DNA of 64,000 nt. Source: an uncultured Oscillospiraceae bacterium. Lineage in GTDB: Bacteria; Bacillota; Clostridia; Oscillospirales; Oscillospiraceae. The DNA is taken from contig CANQSF010000011.1 in assembly GCA_947626345.1 (NCBI GenBank), positions 3,050 through 67,049 of the forward strand, written 5' to 3'. Positions 24,338-31,940 of the stretch are shown one piece after another. The notes under the pieces were generated by a model. That model was not told where the DNA came from. It did not search any database and saw only the letters and a list, made by a program, of their open reading frames with translations. Position numbers and translations under genes: made by a program. Each line of letters opens with the position of its first letter. Position 1 is the first letter of the stretch.

Positions 24338-25342
24338 TCACTGAGAAAAGTGCTCCGGGTATACCGCTGCGGCCATCTGCTCCAGGGCGGTGACGATGTT
24401 GTGGTCGGGCAGGGAGGAGGCCAGGTTGTCGATGTAGTACACCGCCCCGTCTGCCACGGCGGGCACGCCGGCCCAGCCGTCCCGGCTGAGGATCTCTCCC
24501 ACGGGATCGTCGATGTAGTTGACGTTGGTGAGGATCACGTCCGGGGCCGCGGCCACCACGGTCTCCCCCTCCACGCTCAGCCACCCGGTCTGGTCCGCCA
24601 GGATGTTCTCCGCGCCGATGAGGGAGAGCATCTCGTCCAGATAGACCCCGCTGCCGAAGCTGTACATATAGGGGGCGGCGGAGATCTCAAAGTAGACGCT
24701 CTTGCGCTCCTCCTCCGGGATGGCGCCGCCCACGGCGGCGACGGCGTCGATGGCGGAGCGCATGTCCGCGGCCAGGGCATCCGCCGCGTCGGTCTCGCCC
24801 AGGAGCCGGCCCAGGAAGGCGATGTCGTCATAGATGCCCTGGATGCTCTCGGCGTTGGGGATGCAGGCCACGCACACGCCCATGTCGATCAGGGGCTGAT
24901 AGGGGTCCTGCTGGTCGTACAGGGACATGTTGGACACCAGCAGCAGATCCGGCTTCAGGGCCGCCAGGCTCTCCATGTCCGGATTCACCATGTCGAACAC
25001 CGGCGCGTCCGGGTCCAGGCCGTCCAGGCCCACGCTCTGGGCGTCGTAGGCGGCGATGTCCTCCCCGCGGCCCAGGGCGACGACCATCTCCGCGATGGAG
25101 GGGGCCAGCACCACGATGGAGCTTATGTCCTCCGGCACGGCGATCTCCGCCCCGCTGGGGTCGGTGATCGTCTCCGGCGCGGCTTCCTCCGGCTCCGGTG
25201 AGTGGGCATCTGCCGCCGCCGGCTCCTCCGCGGCGGACGGCGCCTCCGTCGCCTCGGGGACGGGCGGCTGCTGTCCGCCGCAGGCGGCCACGGACAGGAC
25301 CATGGCCAGGGCCAGCAGCAGAGCCATCAGTTTCTTGCGCAT
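24338..25342 (-). CDS. Periplasmic-binding-protein (BtuF/FhuD class) lipoprotein
   Basis: 334 aa. Lipobox LSVAAC and a PE-rich linker. It lies directly downstream of a cobalamin riboswitch. Confidence 0.85.
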   Translation of the reverse strand: MRKKLMALLLALAMVLSVAACGGQQPPVPEATEAPSAAEEPAAADAHSPEPEEAAPETITDPSGAEIAVPEDISSIVVLAPSIAEMVVALGRGEDIAAYDAQSVGLDGLDPDAPVFDMVNPDMESLAALKPDLLLVSNMSLYDQQDPYQPLIDMGVCVACIPNAESIQGIYDDIAFLGRLLGETDAADALAADMRSAIDAVAAVGGAIPEEERKSVYFEISAAPYMYSFGSGVYLDEMLSLIGAENILADQTGWLSVEGETVVAAAPDVILTNVNYIDDPVGEILSRDGWAGVPAVADGAVYYIDNLASSLPDHNIVTALEQMAAAVYPEHFSQ

Positions 25343-25367
25343 GTTACGTTCCTCCTTGAAATGCCCG

Positions 25368-25402
25368 GCAAAAACAGAACACCCTTTCGGCGAAAGGGTG
25401 TT
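25368..25402 (-). terminator. Riboswitch expression-platform terminator
   Basis: Minus strand ACACCCTTTCG/CGAAAGGGTGT followed by TCTGTTTTT. It is located between the aptamer and the AAGGAGG RBS. Confidence 0.65.
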
Positions 25403-25615
25403 TCATGCAATAAACGACCTTCAGCGGGCACACTGCTCTCCTGCCCGCCGCGGCGCATATGCACAAATCCATCCATCGTGAACTCGTGCAGGACAGCTCA
25501 GCATTCCGACTTAGGACCCGAAGGCCCATCACGGTGGCGGGACCGCGGAGGAATCGCACCTCCATTTCCTGACAGACGGCTGCCCGTAGAAGTATCCTGT
25601 TTTCCCGGAGTTTCT
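25403..25615 (-). promoter_or_regulatory. Cobalamin (B12) riboswitch
   Basis: The minus strand reads ..GGAAATGGAGGTGCGATTCCTCCGCGGTCCCGCCACCGTGATGGG... This matches the conserved GGTG..AATCC core and the B12 box GTCCCGCCAC(C/T)G. A terminator and a B12-type transporter follow. Confidence 0.8.
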
Positions 25616-25650
25616 CAGCCGCGCCCGCGTCTGCCGGGAGCGGCGCTTTT

Positions 25651-25680
25651 ATTCTAACGGGAGCGGGCCGCCCTTGTCAA
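25651..25680 (-). promoter_or_regulatory. Promoter of the riboswitch-controlled operon
   Basis: Minus strand TTGACA (25680-25675), 18 nt spacer, TAGAAT (25656-25651). Confidence 0.5.
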
Positions 25681-25757
25681 GAGGGCGGTTGCCAAACGGG
25701 GCTTTTGCGGTTATACTGGTGGCTGGGTCCGGCGCGGCGCCGGACGGGGAGGACGAC

Positions 25758-26726
25758 ATGCGGATCGGACAGGTGGACATACCGGCCGGCGCGGCGCTGG
25801 CCCCCATGGCGGGGGTGACGGACGCCGCCTTTCGCCATATCTGCCGGGGACTGGGCGCGGCGCTGACCTGCACGGAGATGGTCTCCAGCCGGGGCCTGGT
25901 GTACAACGACCCCAAGACGAAGCAGCTTCTCTTTTGTCCGGCCGGGGACGGGCCCGTGGCGGCGCAGATCTTCGGCTCGGAGCCGTCCGTCATGGCCGAG
26001 GCGGCGGCCATGGCCCTGGAGATATCCGGGGCGGACATCCTGGACATCAACATGGGCTGCCCCGTGGGGAAGATCGTCAAGAGCGGGGACGGCTCGGCCC
26101 TCATGAGGGACCCGGACAAGGCCGGGCGGATCATCGAGGCCTGCGCGGCCGCAGTGGACAGGCCCGTCACGGTGAAGTTCCGCAAGGGCTGGGACGGCGG
26201 CAGCGTGAACGCGGTGGAGTTTGCCCGGGTCTGTGAGCAGGCGGGGGCCGCCGCCGTGACCGTCCACGGCCGCACCCGGGTGCAGATGTACGCCGGCGCG
26301 GCGGACTGGGACATCATCCGGGACGTGAAGGCGGCGGTGACCATCCCGGTGATCGCCAACGGGGACGTGTTCTCCGCTGCCGACGCGGTCCGCATCCTGC
26401 GGCGCACCGGCGCGGATATGTGCATGGTGGGCCGGGGCTCCTTCGGGGACCCCTGGATCTTCCGGCGGATCGCCGCCGCCCTGGCGGGACAGCCGGAGCC
26501 GGAGGACCCGCCCCTGGCCCAGCGGCTGGACACGGCGTTGGAGCAGGCGGAGCTGGCCTGCCAGTGGAAGGACCCTTATATCGCCTCGCTGGAGGCCAGG
26601 CGGCAGCTGTGCTGGTATCTGCACGGCGTGCCCTGGTCGGGGCCCATCAAGCGGGAGATGGTGAAGGTGACGAGCATCGAGGACGTCCGGGCCGTGATCG
26701 CCCGGGCCAAGAGGGAGCTGAGGTGA
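25758..26726 (+). CDS. dus: tRNA-dihydrouridine synthase
   Basis: Start MRIGQVDIP with a GGGGAGG RBS. Motifs LAPMAGVTD and DINMGCP, with a C-terminal helical domain. Confidence 0.9.
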   Translation: MRIGQVDIPAGAALAPMAGVTDAAFRHICRGLGAALTCTEMVSSRGLVYNDPKTKQLLFCPAGDGPVAAQIFGSEPSVMAEAAAMALEISGADILDINMGCPVGKIVKSGDGSALMRDPDKAGRIIEACAAAVDRPVTVKFRKGWDGGSVNAVEFARVCEQAGAAAVTVHGRTRVQMYAGAADWDIIRDVKAAVTIPVIANGDVFSAADAVRILRRTGADMCMVGRGSFGDPWIFRRIAAALAGQPEPEDPPLAQRLDTALEQAELACQWKDPYIASLEARRQLCWYLHGVPWSGPIKREMVKVTSIEDVRAVIARAKRELR

Positions 26727-26733
26727 GGGCTTT

Positions 26734-27363
26734 ATGACGAGACAGGAGGAGCGAGCCGCCATCGAGCGGGTCCTCTCCGGGGACGCGGACGCCTTCGAGG
26801 CGCTGGTGAAGGCCCATGAGAAGGGCGTCTACAACCTGGCGCTGCGGATGCTGGGCAGCGAGCAGGACGCTCTGGACGCCTCCCAGGAGGCGTTCTTCCG
26901 GGCGTACCGGTCCCTGGACGCCTTCCGGGGGGACAGCAAATTCTCCGTGTGGCTGTACCGGATCACCGGGAACGTGTGCCTGGATATGCTCCGCCGGGCG
27001 GGCCGCCGGCCGGAGTCGTCCCTGACCGTGGACGACGAGGGCGGGGAGATGGCCGTGCCTGACGAAAGCGGCGACCCCCAGCGGGCGTTGGAGCGGACGG
27101 AGCTGCGCGCCGCGGTGCGGCGGGGGCTGATGACGCTGGAGCCCGCCTTCCGCCAGGCGCTGATCCTGCGGGACCTGAACGGCCTTACATACGACGAGAT
27201 CGCCCGGGTCACCGGCCTGGAGGCCGGCACCGTGAAGAGCCGCATCTTCCGGGCCCGGCGAAAGCTGGCGGCCTATCTGCAGTCCGGCGGGAACTTTTTG
27301 GATGCCGGACCGTCAAAGGACCGGACGAAGGAGAAAGGAGGCGGGGACCGTGGCCGGATGTGA
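26734..27363 (+). CDS. ECF-type sigma-70 family RNA polymerase sigma factor
   Basis: Region 2 (FEALVKAHEKGVYNLALRML ... DASQEAFFRAY) and region 4 (LTYDEIARVTGLEAGTVKSRIFRARRKL). Confidence 0.9.
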   Translation: MTRQEERAAIERVLSGDADAFEALVKAHEKGVYNLALRMLGSEQDALDASQEAFFRAYRSLDAFRGDSKFSVWLYRITGNVCLDMLRRAGRRPESSLTVDDEGGEMAVPDESGDPQRALERTELRAAVRRGLMTLEPAFRQALILRDLNGLTYDEIARVTGLEAGTVKSRIFRARRKLAAYLQSGGNFLDAGPSKDRTKEKGGGDRGRM

Positions 27364-28207
27364 GCGTTACGAGGAGATGATCTGGGCCCTTCTGGACGGG
27401 GACCTCGCCCCGGAGCAGGAGGCGGCGCTGCGGGCGCATATGGACGGCTGCCCGGACTGCCGGGCCCTGTATGAGGCGGCGGCCGCCGCGGCCGGCGTGC
27501 TGCGGGAGGATCTGGCGGAGCCCCCCGCCGCCCTGGCGGAGGGCGTGATGGCCCAGGTGGCGGCCTATGAGGCGGAGCGGGGCGAGCCCCGGCCCGTCCG
27601 GCCGGTGAAGAGGCTGCGCCGGTGGCTGCCGGTGGCGGCCGCCGCGTGCCTGGCGGTGGTGATCGTTGGGGTGGCGCTGCCCCGACTGAAGATGGGGTCC
27701 GCCAGGTCCGGCGCGGCGGCGGACACGGCCGCCCCCCAGGCGGCGCCCTATGCCATGGACGAGGACGGCGGCGAGGCCGCCGCCCGGTCGGAGGATATGC
27801 CCGAGACCGTCAGCCTCACCGAGGGCATGATGGACGCTGTGGTCGAGTCTGCGGAGGCGGAGGAGAACTTCGCCTCCGACGGGGAGGGGGCTCTTTCCGG
27901 CTCTGCGGCCGACGACGCGGCGCCCATGGAGCCCGCCGCCGGGGCCGTGGGATACACCCTCTGTGACCCGGACGGGAACACCGTGGCGGTGATATCGGAC
28001 CGGGAGGCCCTGGCCGGGCTGCTCCGAGGCGAGACCATCGCCGCCGGGCCGGAGGACTTCGCGCCGCTGTATGCCCTGACACTGGACGGCACGGCGTATG
28101 TGCTGGCCGATGACGGCGCGGGCGGCCTGGTCTGGTGGATCGAGGGGGACGACGCCGTCACCCTGTCCCCGGCGCCACTGTCGGAACTGCTGGCCCTGAT
28201 CGAATAA
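27350..28207 (+). CDS. Anti-sigma factor (zf-HC2 type, single TM)
   Basis: GTG start with a GGAGG RBS 9 nt upstream, overlapping the sigma gene by 14 nt. The zf-HC2-like motif is H..(3)..C..C (LRAHMDGCPDC). One TM helix is present (WLPVAAAACLAVVIVGVAL). Confidence 0.7.
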   Translation: MAGCERYEEMIWALLDGDLAPEQEAALRAHMDGCPDCRALYEAAAAAAGVLREDLAEPPAALAEGVMAQVAAYEAERGEPRPVRPVKRLRRWLPVAAAACLAVVIVGVALPRLKMGSARSGAAADTAAPQAAPYAMDEDGGEAAARSEDMPETVSLTEGMMDAVVESAEAEENFASDGEGALSGSAADDAAPMEPAAGAVGYTLCDPDGNTVAVISDREALAGLLRGETIAAGPEDFAPLYALTLDGTAYVLADDGAGGLVWWIEGDDAVTLSPAPLSELLALIE

Positions 28208-28223
28208 AAACGGCGACAAGAAA

Positions 28224-28255
28224 AGGACACATCCCACGGGATGTGTCCTTTTTTG
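28224..28255 (+). terminator. Rho-independent terminator
   Basis: 11-12-bp stem AGGACACATCC/GGATGTGTCCT followed by T6. Confidence 0.8.
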
Positions 28256-28297
28256 CGTGTGGGGATTTGGGGGGCGGTGCATGCCTCCAATTCCCCC

Positions 28298-28327
28298 TTG
28301 CTGTGGTATGGGGAGCTATGGTATAAT
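28298..28327 (+). promoter_or_regulatory. Promoter inside the islet
   Basis: TTGCTG (28298-28303), 18 nt spacer, TGgTATAAT (extended -10, TATAAT at 28322-28327). Confidence 0.5.
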
Positions 28328-28543
28328 GCTCATGCCAAGTCAAACGAATATTGCACACAAAAGCGGGTATGTATTCCCACGGGGAAAACGTATCTCCCGC
28401 TTTGTACCCGTTTGTGTGTGCAGGGTTTGGCTTGGCGGCAAGGGAGCTATGCGTTTTTCTAGGGCGTATGGCTCTGCCATGCGTCCTTTTATTTTTAGGC
28501 GGAGGCAGCATGGAGTTGAAAAAACTATGGGGAGGGGTCGGAC

Positions 28544-29539
28544 GTGGCGAGGAATACAGCGGAACAGCGGGGATTGACGGCAGGGCTTACTGGTCAGGAG
28601 CGGGAACAGCTTAAAAAATATATGAATAGTCAAAGGAGCACTGTCCATGCGATCATTGCTCTCATGGTCTTGATCGTGGTGGTGGTCATCCTTTCATTTC
28701 TGCTGCTTCCTGGCAGTATAGAAGCCGCCAAAAACGCGCTGATCCTCTCCGGCATCTCTGTCATCAGCATAATAGGATTGTGTTTCAGAAGGATGCAACT
28801 GACGAGAAAAATAGAGTATCTGCGATCTGTGGACAAAGCGTGGCTATCTGTAATACGAGGAAAAGCAAGCAAACTATACAACAAAAAATGCGCGGAATGG
28901 GGGATGTCGGAGTACCCCTTTCATTTTGAGCATAGCAATTATTGGGTCGATGATGATACCCTATGTATCGTGGAGGACAAAGAGACATATTTGAGCCATT
29001 ATACCCCGGAAGATACAAGGCCCCATCCGATCTATCTCACAGAGATCCCTATCGACAGGATACAGTACTATACAAAAGAAGGGGACGTGCAATATACCTC
29101 CCACGTTTCCGGCGGCGGAGGAGGCGGCTCCTCCCTGAGCGGCGCGATCGTCGGCGGATTGATAGCCGGGGATGCCGGAGCGATCATTGGAAGCCGGAAA
29201 AAGACGGCTCCTATCAAAACAGAAATACAGACGCACGATACCAGACAGACCGTGCTGCGATATTATGACGATCTCGGCAAGCTGGAAGTAATGACGTTTA
29301 GGGGGTTCAGTGTATATGACTTCCTTCTGAGCGCGATACCTGACAAAGACTTGACCACGATCCAGCTGGGCGGCGGCGGACAGCACAGGCGTTCCCCCAA
29401 TACATATTCTGCCGCCCCGTCCCTGGGAGCGGGCAGCACAAAATCGAAGCTGATGAAGCTGCAGCAGTTGTATCTTGACGATCAGATAACCTTGGAGGAG
29501 TACAAGGAACAGCGGAAAAGATTGCTGGAGGAGCAATAG
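28544..29539 (+). CDS. Membrane protein with glycine-zipper segment and C-terminal SHOCT domain
   Basis: 331 aa. GTG start with a GGGGAGGGG RBS; an alternative ATG lies at 28622. Two N-terminal TM helices, GGGGGGSSLSGAIVGGLIAGDAGAIIG, and a C-terminal KLMKLQQLYLDDQITLEEYKEQRKRLL that is SHOCT-like. Confidence 0.65.
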   Translation: MARNTAEQRGLTAGLTGQEREQLKKYMNSQRSTVHAIIALMVLIVVVVILSFLLLPGSIEAAKNALILSGISVISIIGLCFRRMQLTRKIEYLRSVDKAWLSVIRGKASKLYNKKCAEWGMSEYPFHFEHSNYWVDDDTLCIVEDKETYLSHYTPEDTRPHPIYLTEIPIDRIQYYTKEGDVQYTSHVSGGGGGGSSLSGAIVGGLIAGDAGAIIGSRKKTAPIKTEIQTHDTRQTVLRYYDDLGKLEVMTFRGFSVYDFLLSAIPDKDLTTIQLGGGGQHRRSPNTYSAAPSLGAGSTKSKLMKLQQLYLDDQITLEEYKEQRKRLLEEQ

Positions 29540-29593
29540 CAAAATACGCAAGGGAGCGGGCGGATGACGTTTTTTGTGCCATAGTCGATAAAG

Positions 29594-29627
29594 ATCGTCG
29601 GAGCAAAGCGGACTTTGCTCCGACGAT
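29594..29627. other. Perfect 15-bp hairpin between convergent genes (weak terminator candidate)
   Basis: ATCGTCGGAGCAAAG-CGGA-CTTTGCTCCGACGAT. There is no strong T tract on either side. Confidence 0.4.
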
Positions 29628-29711
29628 GGTGCGGGTGTTCTTACAGCATTTTTTGAAAAAGTCCCAATTATCAAGGGATGCAGGCAGGCGCACAGCGATA
29701 TTTACCGATCG

Positions 29712-30005
29712 TCAGCCCACGTTCTCCGCCAGAACGCCCTCTTCATAGAGAGCCTCCGGTGCGATATCTATATCCCCGTCGCACCACACTACCGTGCCGT
29801 AGTCGATATAGACGCCCCTGAACACGTCCATATCCGCCAGCGGCGCAAAGGCTGGCATTTTCAGCAAGGGTTTAAAATCAAACACTTTCGCCTCGCCTGT
29901 GCTGAACCGGACCCACAGCCGGTGATCGTCCATCGGCCGGACGCCGGATACGCTCACCGCATGTGAGGGCGTCCCTGCGTATGCGATCCCATCCATAATA
30001 TACAT
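29712..30005 (-). CDS. DUF2442-family protein
   Basis: 97 aa. The pattern ..HRLWVRFSTGEAKVFDFKPLL...F.PL.D...F..V....GTVVW.DGDIDIAPEALY is typical of DUF2442. Confidence 0.8.
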   Translation of the reverse strand: MYIMDGIAYAGTPSHAVSVSGVRPMDDHRLWVRFSTGEAKVFDFKPLLKMPAFAPLADMDVFRGVYIDYGTVVWCDGDIDIAPEALYEEGVLAENVG

Positions 30006-30017
30006 ATCAGCTTCTCC

Positions 30018-30287
30018 TCACTGCAGCGGCGCGATCTTGCCGAACGGGATACCACGCACTGCGTTGTTCCAAGCGGCATAGAGTTCATCCTCGTGGATGG
30101 CTGCCCAGGCCTGAACGAGTTTGAGCTGCTTCACGGGCAGGCTGCCAGCCAGCAGCTCCCCGTCTATGCCGACAGACGCCTCATACTCTGCATACATCAC
30201 ATGAAAATGGGGCTTGTTGTGCTGTCCGTCGTCCATGTAGATCATCTTGATGACGATGTTGTAAAACCGGCAAAGCTCTGGCATCAT
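30018..30287 (-). CDS. DUF4160-family protein
   Basis: Start at MMPELCRFYNIVIKMIY; M7 at 30284 is equally possible. PHFHVMYAEYEA is the hallmark of DUF4160. The predicted TSS makes the GTG at 30302 unlikely as a start. Confidence 0.8.
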   Translation of the reverse strand: MMPELCRFYNIVIKMIYMDDGQHNKPHFHVMYAEYEASVGIDGELLAGSLPVKQLKLVQAWAAIHEDELYAAWNNAVRGIPFGKIAPLQ

Positions 30288-30307
30288 GACCACCTCGCTC
30301 ACCTGAT

Positions 30308-30336
30308 ATTATATCCTAACGGTGTCCTTCCGTCAA
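30308..30336 (-). promoter_or_regulatory. Promoter of the DUF4160-DUF2442 pair
   Basis: Minus strand TTGACG (30336-30331), 17 nt spacer, TATAAT (30313-30308). Confidence 0.6.
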
Positions 30337-30481
30337 CCGAAAGGACACGCTTGCGCGTGTCCCTCCCAGGGCTCCCATCGCAAACCAGCGCAGCGTTTGC
30401 GATGGGAAAAGGAGAAATGTCCCTGGCCGATGCGCGGGGCCCTGTAAACAGGGTCCCTGCATCTCCAGGGACATTTCGACG

Positions 30482-30564
30482 TGGTGCGGGTAACAGGATT
30501 TGAACCTGCACGGTCGCCCACGGGAACCTAAATCCCGCGTGTCTGCCAATTCCACCATACCCGC
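30482..30564 (-). tRNA. tRNA-Leu(UAG): tRNA-Leu (anticodon UAG), type II with long variable arm, CCA encoded
   Basis: The minus strand reads GCGGGTA TG GTG GAATTGGCAGA CAC G CGGGA TTTAGGT TCCCG TGGGCGACCGTGC AGG.. TTCAAAT ..CCTGT TACCCGC A CCA. Acceptor, anticodon and T stems all pair. 83 nt. Confidence 0.9.
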
Positions 30565-30717
30565 CTGACAGGGCCATTATACCGAAAAGCGCCATGGGTT
30601 GCAAGGCCGCGGGGCAAATTTCCCCGGCGCTGTGCGTTGACGGCGGCGGCATTTTCTGGTATGATTTACTACAGTAAATCACTGGGCGGCCTGCCACCGC
30701 CGAGAAAGGAGCGAGAA

Positions 30718-31302
30718 ATGGCACACAGGATCATTACCATCAGCCGGGAGTTCGGCAGCGGCGGCCGCACCGTCGGCCGGCTGACCGCGGAAAAGCTGGG
30801 CATCCCCTGCTACGACAATGAGCTTTTGGAGAAGATCGCCGAGGAGAGCGGCCTGGCCAAGGAATATATCGCCGAGCGGGGAGAGTATACCCCCCGGGGC
30901 GGCTGGCTGGCCACCGCCTTCGCCGACCGCTCCGTGAACGGACTGAGCGTGCAGGACTATCTGTGGACCGTGCAGCGCCGCCTGATCCTTCAGATCGGGG
31001 AGCAGGAGGACTGCGTGATCGTGGGCCGGTGCGCGGACTACATCCTGGAGGGGAGGGCGGATCTTTTGAAGGTGTTCATCTATTCCCCCATGAAGGCCCG
31101 GGCGGAGCGGATCGTGAAGCTCTACGGCGAGACCAGCGATACCCCGGAAAAGCGCCTGCGGGACAAGGATAAGCGCCGGGCGGCCTACTACCAGTTCTAT
31201 ACCGATATGGAGTGGGGCAAGGTCCAGCACTACCACATCGCCCTGGACAGCGCCAAATTCGGCATCGACCGGTGCGTGGAGATCGTCTCCGGCCTGTACT
31301 GA
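30718..31302 (+). CDS. Cytidylate-kinase-like family protein
   Basis: Start MAHRIITISREFGSGGRTVG with an AAAGGAG RBS. This is the typical AAA_28/cytidylate-kinase-like N-terminus. 194 aa. Confidence 0.8.
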   Translation: MAHRIITISREFGSGGRTVGRLTAEKLGIPCYDNELLEKIAEESGLAKEYIAERGEYTPRGGWLATAFADRSVNGLSVQDYLWTVQRRLILQIGEQEDCVIVGRCADYILEGRADLLKVFIYSPMKARAERIVKLYGETSDTPEKRLRDKDKRRAAYYQFYTDMEWGKVQHYHIALDSAKFGIDRCVEIVSGLY

Positions 31303-31313
31303 GAAAGAAACAG

Positions 31314-31351
31314 AAGACCGGCGTCCGTGAGAGCGGACGCCGGTCTTTTTT
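31314..31351. terminator. Bidirectional terminator
   Basis: 14-bp perfect stem AAGACCGGCGTCCG/CGGACGCCGGTCTT with a TGAGAG loop and T6. It overlaps the stop codon of the convergent phosphoesterase gene. Confidence 0.85.
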
Positions 31352-31940
31352 ATATCTCGATCTCGCAGTGCTCGTAGGCGTTGATGACCGCCGTGTCCCC
31401 CCGCTGGCAGCGCTGGGGGATGCCATAGCCGTAGGTACGGTGGATGTGGCCGTGGACGAAGTATCGGGGCTGGTACTTGTCCAGCAGGTCGTTGAAGCAC
31501 TCGAAGCCCCGGTGGGGGAGGGTGTCGAAGTCGTTCAGTCCCCGGGCGGGGGCGTGGGTGAGCAGGATGTCGAAGCCGCCGCTGCGGCGGATCTGCAGCC
31601 CCAGCCGCCAGACGCGCATGGCCATCTGCCGCTCGGTGTACATGCACAGACCGTTTTTATACCGGTAGGAGCCGCCCAGGCCCAGGATGCGCACCCCGTT
31701 TTGGACCACGACCCGGTCCTCCGCGCACAGGCAGCCCTCCGGCGGCGCGGTGAGAAAGGCGTCGTCATGGTTGCCCCGCACGTATACCAGCGGGCAGTGG
31801 GCCATGGTGACCAGAAACTCCAGGTATTCCCGCTTCAGGTCGCCGCAGGCCAGGATCAGGCCGAACCTGTCCAGGCTGCCGGGCTGATAGTAATCGTAGT
31901 ACCGGGGCGAGGGGACGTCGGACACGGCCAGGATGTTCAC
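31350..31940 (-). CDS. Metallophosphoesterase (calcineurin-like)
   Basis: GTG start (VNILAVSDV) with a GGAGAGGAGG RBS, overlapping the upstream stop as GTGA. Motifs D.(H) / GDL / GNHD / HGH are present. Confidence 0.8.
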   Translation of the reverse strand: MNILAVSDVPSPRYYDYYQPGSLDRFGLILACGDLKREYLEFLVTMAHCPLVYVRGNHDDAFLTAPPEGCLCAEDRVVVQNGVRILGLGGSYRYKNGLCMYTERQMAMRVWRLGLQIRRSGGFDILLTHAPARGLNDFDTLPHRGFECFNDLLDKYQPRYFVHGHIHRTYGYGIPQRCQRGDTAVINAYEHCEIEI

